DNA of 64,000 nucleotides from Chlorokybus atmophyticus (taxonomy: Eukaryota; Plantae; Mesostigma and Chlorokybus algae), in NCBI GenBank assembly GCA_009103225.1, contig RHPI01001292.1, positions 287,243 through 351,242 on the forward strand, given 5' to 3'. Shown here piece by piece: positions 53,586 to 64,000 of this stretch (its first letter is position 1; every line of letters starts with the position of its first letter). Under the pieces are notes generated by a model. The model was not told where the DNA came from, did not search any database, and saw only the letters and a list, made by a program, of their open reading frames with translations. A program made the position numbers and the translations under genes.

Positions 53586-54961
53586 ATGGCGGCGGTCACG
53601 GCGATGAAGGTGGTGGCGGTTGCGGCGGTGCAGACCGGGTCCACGGCGTCCTCCTCCTTGAGGGGGGTGCCACTGGTGGCGAAGCCCAAGCAGGCAGCGG
53701 GAGTGCTGCGCAGCAAGGCTTCGAGGTCGACGGGTGTGAAGGCTGAGGCGGCCTCCGAGACCGGCCTCACAGGCGTAGTGTTTCAGCCGTTCGCCGAGGT
53801 CCAGGCCGAGCTTGCTGCTGTGAGCCAGGCCGAGCGCAAGGCCGGAGCCTCGCTCGCTCGTCAGAGATTTAACGAGCGCGCTGAGGCTGGCATCAACGAG
53901 CAGATCAAGTGAGTGACACAAGTCATAAACAGATAAGTAGCAGTCAACTTTGTTGGCCCATGACACATGCATGCACAAGTGCATTTGTCATGGGCCACTG
54001 CTACCTAAAGCTGGTGTTGCCTTGGTTTCCGTGGTCTCTGTTTCTCGGCATGCTTGTAGCAACGTCCCCAACGCATGTCTTGATCTTTTATGCGGGCTGC
54101 TGATACACGTTGTGGTGGTGTCGCAGTGTGGAGTACAACGTGTCGTATGTGTATCATGCCCTGTACGCCTACTTTGACCGCGACACGGTGGCGCTGCCCG
54201 GCCTCGCCAAGTGAGTGCTGCTTGCATGCGTGTTTGCCATGTGGCCTGGCTGTTTGGCATACGCATGGTCTTTGCCACGCTAGTGCCTATGTTGACTGCG
54301 GTGGCTCCAGGTACTTCAAGGCGAATAGCGAGGAGGAGCGCGAGCATGCAGAGAGCTTCATTGACTACCAGGTGTGTTGCAGTGCGTTATTTGGGGTTAG
54401 GGAAGCGTTGTCTACATGATTATTGAGTGTCATGTCAATATTTGTCAGAACATGCGCGGTGGACGAGTAAAGTTGCAGTCCATTATGCTGCCAGAGATGG
54501 AGTTTGACCACCCTGAAAAGGGTGACGCGCTGTACGCCATGGAGCTGACACTGTCACTGGAGAAGCTTGTCAATGAGAAACTGCTCAACTTGCACAAGGT
54601 GAGGTCTCGTTGCCTTTGTCATCTATTTGACAAGGTTCTGCTGTACTTCGTGTGTTGTAGTCTCAGCGCGTATACAGTGAAGTTTCAACACCGTGTTTGT
54701 TGTTCGTGGATTGTGGCAAACCTCTGTTAGTCCATTTGCCATCAGGTGTATCTCGCCATGGTGACTAAGTATTGTGTTTCTTTGCAGGTTGCTGAGGAGG
54801 TGGATGATCCACAGCTTCAGGATTTCATTGAGGGCAAGTATTTGGCTGAGCAGGTGGAGACCATCAAGAAGGTGTCAGACTATGTGGCGCAGCTGCAGCG
54901 CGTGGGCAAGGGTCATGGTGTCTGGCACTGGGACCAGAGGTTCCTGGAGGGCGAAATCTAA
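53586..54961 (+). CDS. FER: Plastid ferritin, 5 exons
   Basis: Exons 53586-53908, 54127-54210, 54311-54371, 54449-54598, 54788-54961. Transit peptide, plant extension peptide [11 protein letters not shown], then [55 protein letters not shown] and [16 protein letters not shown]. Confidence 0.97.
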
Positions 54962-57287
54962 GTGCGCAATTTGTGATACAGTGGAGCAGCAGGCTGCACC
55001 TTGTACAGTCTGGTGAAAGTTATTTTGGGCTGCTGCGGGGTCATGTGCACACAAGTGTGGTACGTTCCATGACTGTCAGTGCAGTTGTAGTCAGGAGTAC
55101 ATATTGTGTTGGGGACTCAACAGCTTTGTTGGGGTTGGAAATATTGAAGCTGGCTTGTTCTGGAGTGCTTTCTGCCAAAAATGCAATTTGGCAGAATGGC
55201 AAATGCTTGGTAATAAATTCATGTCTGGCGCACACGCGCTGTGCAAACGCGGGAGGGTTATAGTGCTGCGGTATGCATGGCTCGATGGTGGTTGTGCAAC
55301 GCTCTTGGGTTGAGAAGAGTTCTGTTACAGATACTGCGAATGTCTTTGTTACCTCCGTGCGCTGCACTACACCCAACCATGCCTAGCAATTGCAAGTAGC
55401 AGTCATATTATGGTAGCTCCAGGTTGGGTTTAATGTTGATATGGCATGATCATGTATGTATATAACAGCTGCATCCTCGCACACACCACATCCTAGTGGT
55501 CTCTTGGGGCCAAGCCCATATCGGAGGTAAGTTGGATTAGCTTTGCTGTTGCAGCGAGCGTCTGGCTAACCTATGCTACGGCACAGCCTATGCCACATAG
55601 GTAGATTGCTGAGTGTATGCATGTTTGCGTGTATGACAAATAGCTGGTTCTTAATCGAGCGTACCGTGCATGCCTAGGTGTAGGGTAGATGATTAGCATG
55701 CTTAGTGCTCGCCATGTTGCCCATGCATGGCAGTGCTATCTTTGTCAATGATGTTAAGTACATGGGGAGCAGTTCCAACTGCCCGTGTGACGGCGGAAGG
55801 AGTATACGCCATTCTCATACAGCACCTGTACATGCATGGCGTACATGCATGCGAGCATTCACAAATATAAAGTGTGCAATGGAGTAAATAATGGTGGAGT
55901 GGCGGCGGTCGTGGAGAGCGGGAAGGTGGAATTCATGAGTCATTTACTACTGTTGCCACTGCAACCGTAAAGGCTGGCCGCTAACCATAATCGCTGTGCA
56001 CGTGACTGCCACTGCCGTTACTGTAGGCATGCATATTAACATGGGGGTGTAGGAGTAGAAGTAGAGTAGACATTACTACTGAATACTAGCCCGGTGATTG
56101 TATATAGCAGAATGTAGGCGTGTGTAGCATGCAATGTGATGCATGATGTGAACATGTATAGTACACCTCAGATGGATTGGGGCTAACTAGTTAAGGCAGC
56201 AAGCACACAACACATTCAAGCTTGATAACACAGCACAAGCAAGGGCAAGACAACGGGGTGGGGAGCCCCACTAAGCTATAGCTAAGTGCACTGGTGCACT
56301 ATAGCTAGTTAGCTTTAGACTGGGGAAGAGGTGGGAGTAGAGGGAAGGGGTAGCAAGCAGCAAAGGAAGCACATGCAGAGCATCGCGGAGGAGGGAGAAG
56401 TCAGCACCGCCACTCACGACGACCAAGACTTGTGCGACTGCTAATGCCCCCTAGGTTTTGAGCGGCTGTCCGTGCCCTTACACCGTGCACGATACTCATA
56501 ACGGGTGTATCATTAGTGCGCACTGCGAAGTAGCCGCCAAGTGCACAACAGGGCATGCACACAGTGTACAAGCCATGAACAGTCATTTTCATAGTGTAGA
56601 AGTAGATAGTTATGCATAGTTAATTGCATAGTGTGCAAGCAGATAGGCATGGGTTATGTATGTACATAACAGCTGCATGCTTATCCTGTACACTTTCGCT
56701 AAATTGGTCATGAGAGAGAGTGTGGAAAGACTTGGTTTGTAAGCAGCTACCAGGCAATAAGAACTTGGAATAGGGTATTATCAACTACGAGATATGAGTA
56801 ACAATAAGGTGGCTAGCGGCATGCTAAGCTAGGTTGAACTGCTCACAAATGCTTGTAATCCTATCTTTTTGTGCGTGCATACACTCTTGAGATGAGTGCG
56901 TATTCAACAGGCAAGAATGTAGCCTGCCAACTAATGGTGTGCCATACATTATGCTCAATACGTGCATGTGAGAAACTCTCATACTAGATGCATACACCCA
57001 GTGATCGACTTTATGTAATACAACTGGCATACAATTTTGCTCATTTGTTACATGTTGGGTAGTGAGGTTTCTTTTCCCCTCCTTTTTCAAACAATTGCCA
57101 ATACAGCTTATTGTGATGGTGGGGCACTTACATAAAATATGGCTATACCAGAATTTTATTAAAAAAAAAAAAAGAAGACACGAAAAAAAAACAGCTTCAA
57201 TACCTACCAGTACAATAATTTCGCTATGCGTGTTGTTGCTGTTTGCCGAACACTACACATCAGCCTTCCTCAGTGTCAATATTTAAG

Positions 57288-57471
57288 ATCCGCACCTCCC
57301 TTGCCCCTCCCCTACCGTACTATTATCGCAATCCTGCCGGGCACAATTGATAGATGTGTTATCCACTTGAGTAGCAATATCTAAAATCCGCACTAATACA
57401 GCCCCTCACCTACCGTTAACCACTTCGCAATCCGGGCGGGCAAATTTTGTAGACGTGTTATCCACTTGAGT
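57288..57471. repeat. Two imperfect tandem units with a 98-nt period, each ending GTGTTATCCACTTGAGT
   Basis: Units 57288-57372 and 57386-57471 share atccgcac...gcccctc.cctaccgt...tcgcaatcc...cgggca.aatt...taga.gtgttatccacttgagt. Confidence 0.8.
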
Positions 57472-58548
57472 TGAAGTGTAGTTGTCAGCGATTGCATCTT
57501 AATTAGCAACACCTGCAACAACATCGAGGTTATGTTACTATTGCCAATCTCAGCCGATTATGTTGATTCGGGGTAATCGTGCACGCTGTTTCCTCAATGC
57601 GTTCATTAAAACAAAAATCTGCGCCATTACTCTGATTAATAAGATCGGTTGCAAGCAGCAATAACGACTTATGTTATTATTTATACACCGGCTGTCAATG
57701 TGCACATCGATTGTGGACATCTTTGATCAGTGATTCCCCCCCTCCCCAACATAATCGCCACATCACATACGNTCCTCGCTGATGAGCAACGTGTCTGGGC
57801 AAATGGTGCGGGCTATGTCGCATTGGCTATAGGGTCTGTTATGTATGCAGACGTGGTTTACCGGCATCCATGCCGGCGAGTGCCTGTTAGTGAGAAACTG
57901 TGCATGCCACATTGCCAATGCTATGGCATAACACGACGTATTGAAGCTTATGGCAACACGTTCTGCTTGTTGCACGCATACATATACTGCATATGCACTA
58001 CCGCTCTTTGCTGGCCTTATGTGTGCAAACACATAAACATCAAACCCGTCTGGTTTGATACTTAGCAAATAATATATATATAAATAGATATCAAGGATAA
58101 TTTTCGCATTATACAATTTTTGAAGATAGTTTGGGTGAGTGTAAAGAGAAACAATGAGGGCTGGTGTTTATAAACACGCGTTACAACGATATATATTTGT
58201 AAAGTAACTTTAAACTATAATATGCAGGAACCGTTCCAAATGAAGACCATCCTAACAGATAGTGGCAAGATAACTTTCCCTGCATCATGCAGTTTTTCAT
58301 GCGGTTTTCGATGGGGAAGCGAGTGTCACGCCCACAGGGCAGGCACAAAGCACGAAAGTCATTCTCTGTCCCTTACTTATGCTATAAGTGAGATGAGACC
58401 AAGTGGGGACCCACACTACGCAAGCGTGTGTAGTGCTTGTGGGTGTGCTCTCATGTAGGTCTGCTCTAGAGCCTGTGCGGCCTTGAGCATGATGAACTAC
58501 ACAAGGCATGATGGCAAGCACAGGGCTGATCATAGCCGATGAGACATC

Positions 58549-58745
58549 ATGTGATGTACAGAGACATATGTGTGCATATGTCCGCATGAGTATGCATGTG
58601 TTTGCATATGTGTGCACATGTACGCATATGCGTGCATATGCGTGCATGAGAGGTATGTATTAGATGTATGCATGTATATGCATGCATGCGCATATGTGTG
58701 CATATGCGCGCATATGTATGCATAAGGATGCATATGTATGCATGA
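58549..58745. repeat. Low-complexity (TGCATA/TGCGCA)-type satellite
   Basis: Visible degenerate gcatat/gcatgt repeats. Similar CA/TG-rich tracts fill many introns (for example 8740-8880, 25920-26090, 27200-27365, 39350-39560). Confidence 0.7.
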
Positions 58746-58748
58746 GTA

Positions 58749-58915
58749 TGATGTCCTAGGCTGATGTGACCAGCCAAGGACGTTCACAACGTCCAAGGAT
58801 GATGTGTGTGATGTCCTAGGCTGATGTGACCAGCCTAGGGACGTTTACAATGTCCGAGGCTGATGTGTGATCAGTCTTGGGCGTTGAAAGAGGTCCAAGG
58901 GCTGATGTGGCAGCC
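58749..58915. repeat. Tandem repeat with a period of about 60 nt (TGATGTCCTAGGCTGATGTGACCAGCC...), two copies plus a degenerate third
   Basis: Units at 58749 and 58809 are nearly identical. It lies upstream of the retrotransposon ORFs and may belong to its LTR or leader. Confidence 0.8.
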
Positions 58916-59703
58916 CTAGACATGAGTTGTGGTAAACGCAGCCATGACAAGGCATGTGGCCTTGGACTTGGATGTTCTAGGTCGGAGAGCAGCAAAGAGA
59001 GGGTATATGAACGGCCTCAACATGTGTTGAGGCAGCTCAGCATGTGCATACTCGACTCTTGTGTGTGGGGTGCCTCGTTTAGTTGTTCAAGGGGCTCTCC
59101 CTCTCATCCCATGTGGGGTGTGATGTCCGTGGCAGCTTTGCACATGTGTGTGAGGTGTGCTTGAGTGTGTGAGTGTGTGGGAGCTGAGTAGAGAGGTTGG
59201 TGTCATCCTCTCCTTCCTTGGTGCGGTGCTGTGACTTCCTCTGCAAGGTACTGCACCAGTGACGCTGGTAGGGCTTCCAGTAGTAAGTCCTTGTGCTTGT
59301 GCATAAGTTTGCCAAGCCGCCCAGCAAGTAAGTGAGTGGTATCGTTGCATTGGACTCGGAGCTTGCATTCCAAGCCTTGCATGCTTGCCCATCAGCTCAT
59401 GCACTTGCTGCACCGTGCGTGCGTTGCATTCTTTGCTTGCACGCACTACATGGCAGGGTTTTGAGCTGATTGTGCATGCTAGTTGGTGCGTCCAGCTGCG
59501 TGCACACTTGCATGCACGGTGTGGGTCGTCTACACGCTGATTTGAGCATTGGTTGTGTGTTCTTGCTGCACATACACAGCATTACACACGCATTGGCTTG
59601 TTGCTGCACCAGCTGCGCGTGTGCGCGTGTGTGCGCGCGTGTGCGCGTGAGTGCATCTGTTATAGGGACCTCACCTTGTGGTGTTGGCCCTAGCCTTTGT
59701 GGC

Positions 59704-62700
59704 AATGGCTGAGCAAGAGCATACAGCAAGAGAGGAGGTATCTTGGGGCAATGATGTTGCTAAAACCACACGACAGCTTACCACTTTGGTTGCCACGTTG
59801 TATGAGCAGGTAACAGAGTTACAGCAACAACACGAGGCCAACATAGCTCAATGGCAACGGTCAAGTGACATCGTTGACTGTGCAATCCCAAGTAAGGGAC
59901 ATGTTGGTGCATCTGTTGATGCAAGTGTACAGAATCACCGAGAGCGTAAGCGTAGCCGTGAAGCACAGCTCTGTGAAGCTGAAGCTGATGCTGCTCGGGG
60001 CCTTGCTCTCATGTATGAGGGACATGAAGAGAGCAAGAAGCCATGTATACAATAGGGATTGCCAATGGCTAGCTGCTCTGTGGACGCTGATACGCAATGT
60101 GCTTTCGGTGACTTGATGTCACGCCATGCAATGTCGCTGTGTGGGAGAACGAGTTGGGTGTACAGGTAGATACTCAATTCATGCAGCACGACTGTGCGGG
60201 CAAGTGTGTTAGGCTCAATCATTGAGCAAGACATGATGCACCTGTTGACGAGTTGTCAAACATGCTCAAGCACTATGTGGATTGCAAGCGCAAGAGTGCG
60301 CACGACACAAGTGCATGCGTAGTTGTACCCAAGCGTCCTGGGTTGTGGACCCGCTTTGTTAAAGGCATGCAGGTCCTGGGAGAGGTCAAGCTAGGTAAGG
60401 GGCAGATGCGTGTGTTGTATGACCCCCCTGCCATCCATGAGGTAAGTACTCTGTACTTGACTTAGTTGTACAAGGCTTCTGTTGCGCATGTGCCGTGCAT
60501 CTTGATGATAGACACGGGCACACCTGAGAACTTCGTGAGTGAATCTCTTGTGCTACGCTTAGGCATTCGTGTCAACAAGTGTGATGACACGGTTGTTGCC
60601 TTGAACAAGCTTGAGATCCCCATGCGGGGAGTTGTACGCTTGTCTATGCGTGTCCAAGGCTATCATGCTCAGCTCAAGTTCTTGATCATCCTAGTAGAGG
60701 TGCCAGGCGTGGATGTCATTGTTGGCAGCCACTGGGAGCAAGCATGTGGCTTGCACACAGACGCGGACACAAAACTTTGTAATGTACGCAAAGGTCGTAT
60801 GACCTTGCATGCAGATGGGCACAATGTTGCGCCCACTGTTAGCTCTGTTGATGATGCATCAAGTACAGACGTCTTATGTTCTTTGTTGAGTGCCATGCTG
60901 GTGAAGAGGGCTGTTCGCCATGGAGCTCAACCTCTTACAGTGCTCGTCCGACCAGTCGGCAACGACGACACTTCCACCTCAGTTAGTGAGACCGGTGGCA
61001 AGCCACCAGACACGGCCCTTGAAGGTCTGTTGCCTGAAGTTTCTGATGTGTTTCAAGCTGAACTGCCTGCATTGCTATCTGAGAGGGACGTCTGGCATAC
61101 GTTCCATATAAAGTCTGATGCGCAGCCTCCGTTCAGACTTGTGTATAGGCTGAGTCCAGCTAAGTATGCGGACATGGAGGGGCAGATTAAGGCCTTGCTT
61201 GAAAAGGGATTTATTGAGCCAGATAGTCTCTCCTTTCGAGGCACCCATTCTTTTCGTACCTAACAGGGACGGCAGGCTACGCATGTGCGTAGACTATAGA
61301 GCCTTGAACAAGCTGACCATCAAGAACAGGTATCCGCTGCCAAGGATAGATGATTTGCTTGATCAACTGAGCGGTGCCTCAGTGTTCAGCTCCTTGGATC
61401 TCATCAGTGGGTACCATCAGAATCGGAGCACACCGGAAGATGTGCCCAAGATAGCGTTCAGAACGCCTGTGGGACACTTTACAAAGTGCTGCCTTTTGGT
61501 CTGACGAATTCGCCAGCCACCTTTCAAGCTATGATGAACCGTGTGTTTCACAAGCTGATCGGGAAGACAGTGCTTGTATATCTTGATAATATACTTGTGT
61601 TTAGCAAGGATGCTAACATGCACGTCGCGCAAGTGCGCGAGGTGTTGGAAACGCTGCGTGCGCACCGTTTCTATGCTTACATGCCCAAGTGCGAGTTTGG
61701 CAAGAAGGAACTAGAGTTCCTCGGGCACATTGTGAGCAAGGAGGGCGTGCGCCCTGACCCAAAAAAGGTTGCCAAGGTCAAGGATTGGCCTAGTCCCAAG
61801 AATGTGCACGAGCTGCGCGCATTCTTGGGCTTGAGCAACTACTTCCGCAAGTACATTCTGGGTTACTCATCGCGTGTTGCCCCTCTCACTAATCTGTTGC
61901 GTGACAAGGTCGTGTGGAGGTGGTCACAGAGGCAGCAAGAAGCCTTTGCGTCCATCAAAGAGGCTTTGGTGACAGCGCCTGTGTTGCAGCTGCTGGACTT
62001 TACAAGCCCTTTGAGGTAAACTGTGATGCATCTGTTGAAGGCACTGGTGCTGTGTTGCTCCAGAGTGGGCACCCCCTTGCTTATGCTAGCAAGAAGTTCT
62101 CTCATACTGAGAGGAACTATACAACAGCTGAGCAAGAGTTGTTGGGGGTAGTCCATGCGCTACAAGAGTGGCGTTGCTATCTAGAGGGGGTGGAAGACGG
62201 GTTTAGCGTGATCACGGACCGCAACCCCCTTGTTTTCTTTCAGACCCAACCAACCTTGTTGAGAAGACAAGCGAGGTGGGCTGAGTACTTGTCTAGATTC
62301 AACTTTACCTGGGTTTACAGACCAGGGAGAGTGAATGTGGCAGACCCTTTGAGCCGTTTACCATTGCTGTTGGCAATGACAACACGTGCACGTGCACGAA
62401 GCCAAGGGTGGGCACGAGCAAGTGATGCTACTGCCAATACTTTTGAGTTGCCATCTGTGCATGAGCAAGCTGTCAATGAGACACCAGTGGCAACAGAGAC
62501 CAGCGAGATGCCAACTGAGCTCGAGAGAGCAGACAGTGAAGCACCGTTGGTAGTGCACGAGCCAAGTGGGGAGGACCCAATGGCCGTTGATGTGGAAGAC
62601 ATCATACAGCATTTGCCTAGTGCTTATGCACTTGACACATGGTTTGTTGAGTTGCTAAAGCAGGCAGACGACAAGATCACTTCTCACAAGGGCCGCTGGT

Positions 62701-64000
62701 ACCGTGAGGGCAAGTTGATAGTGCCAAATGCACTCGGCTTGAGGCATGAGTGTCTGTTTGAGGCACACAATTCCGTGTACAGTGGGCACATGGGAATGGC
62801 AAAGACCATCAAGCAGCTGCAGAGACAGTATTGGTGGCCGAGCTTGGGTGCTGATGCATTTAAATATGTCGCGTGTTGTGACACTTGTCAAAGAGACAAG
62901 GCCTCGCACAGGAAGCCAGCAGGGTTGCTGAAGCCCTTGGCTATTCCCATCTATCAATGGGAGAGTGTGAGCATGGATCTGATTACAGATCTACCTGTGA
63001 CAAAGAAGGGACACACTGCTGTCATTGTCTTTGTTGATCGCTTGACAAAGATGGTCAGATTTGAGCCCTGTCGCACAGACATTGATGCGCAAGAGTTTGC
63101 GTTTGTCTTTGTAAACTCGGTGTTTTGATCACACGGTGTACCCAAAGAGTTTATGTCTGACCGTGACCCCAAGTTTGTGAGCCAGTTCTGGCAGGCTGTG
63201 TGCCGGTACTTAGGGACTAAGCAAAGCTTGAGCACTGCTTAGTCCACCGTTTACAGAGTGACGGACAGACTGAGCGCGTCAATCAGGTGTTGGAAGATGT
63301 GCTACGCCACTACACGTCACCTAGGTTCGATGATTGGGATGTGTACCTGCCACTTGCTGAGTTCGCTGTGAACAATGCATGGCATGAGTCGCTATGAAGC
63401 ATTCCTTGCTATCTGAACTACGGTCGTCATGTGTTGACACCCATGTCTCTGAATGTCGAGCCATTCAGCAAAGTGCCGATGGCTAGACTTCACAGAGAGC
63501 ATGCACGCCTCGTTGGCACATGCAAAAGACTGCTTGAGAGCAGCACAAGACAGGCAAAAGATGTATGCCAACATGCAACGTAGGCCTGGAGATGAGCTCC
63601 AAGTTGGAGATCAAGTGTTGTTGAGCTTGAAGAACATTCGACTCAAAACAAGCGGGGTACGCAAGTTGCTACCAAGATGGCTGGGTCCATTCCGCATCAC
63701 CGACAGTGTTGGTGACCGTGCCTTTTGGCTTGACTTGCCGAAGAGCATGCGAGTACATGATGTGTTTCATGTAGCACTGCTGAAACAGTTCAAGAGTGAC
63801 GTTCCAGTGCAACCCCCTCCCCCTCCAGTTGAGGGCGATCACGAGTATGAGGTCGAGGCCATTGTTGGCAAACGGTTCAGAAAGTACAAGAAGAACTTTC
63901 GGATCCAATACTTGGTGAAGTGGCTTGGTTATGGCGAAGAGCATAACACTTAGGAGCCGAAAACCAACTTGGCAAACTGTGCTGCCTTGTTGAAGGAGTT
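59704..64000 (+). mobile_element. Decayed Ty3/gypsy LTR retrotransposon of chromovirus type (PR-RT-RH-INT-chromodomain), running past the window end
   Basis: Protease ILMIDTGTPENFVS (about 60500). [47 protein letters not shown]. RNase H CDASVEGTGAVL, EQELLGVV, TDRNPL. Integrase HNSVYSGH...CDTC, VSMDLI, SDRDPKF, GPFRI. Chromodomain YEVEAIV...YLVKWLGY. Several frameshifts and stops. LTRs not identified. Confidence 0.93.
60466..64000 (+). pseudogene. Disrupted pol polyprotein of the chromovirus
   Basis: Frameshifts near 61235, 61485, 62010 and 63240. Stops at 63126-63128 and 63951-63953 (HNT*EP in the chromodomain). The RT catalytic YxDD reads YLDN. Confidence 0.9.

Noticed and set aside
53304-53984. 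226-aa antisense ORF over ferritin exon 1
   Set aside because: Shadow ORF of GC-rich coding sequence with no recognisable motifs.
57358-57368. DnaA-box-like TTATCCAC motifs in the 98-nt repeat
   Set aside because: Eukaryotic nuclear context, imperfect match, and no other bacterial-origin features.
58749-58915. Repeat-spacer (CRISPR-like) reading of the 60-nt tandem repeat
   Set aside because: Units repeat over their whole length with no unique spacers, the context is eukaryotic, and there are no cas genes.
59336-59347. TGGTATC as an Met-i tRNA primer-binding site
   Set aside because: Only 7 nt match TGGTATCAGAGC, no LTR-ending CA precedes it, and no LTR pair is visible in the window.

Overview
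This is eukaryotic, intron-rich genomic DNA from a plastid-bearing green-lineage organism. Plant-type SDH6, TOM7, VIPP1, a plastid ferritin and a plastid homoserine kinase suggest a streptophyte alga (inference). I spliced 12 protein-coding genes by hand: TOM7, mitochondrial ribosomal mS23, an At3g12210-like HhH protein, NDOR1/ATR3, a DUF21-CBS (CNNM) transporter, VIPP1, homoserine kinase, a NUDT14-like Nudix hydrolase, a bZIP factor, kinesin-14, SDH6 and ferritin. Many sit in head-to-head pairs around CpG-rich promoters, and several carry telo-boxes. The most striking feature is a further gene at 28631-37931 on the minus strand, about 38 exons and roughly 1,450 aa, which the ORF track misses. 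It appears to combine a dynamin-like (SLIP-GC/NUGGC-like) GTPase domain, a Tudor-like domain inserted inside the G domain, and two C-terminal methyl-CpG-binding (MBD)-like domains. The first MBD stays in frame only if a 2-nt micro-exon is used. The window ends in a decayed Ty3/gypsy chromovirus. AT-rich decayed intergenic blocks, a 218-N assembly gap and several small repeats are also present. All gene models and family assignments come from manual translation and remembered motifs; no database search was run.
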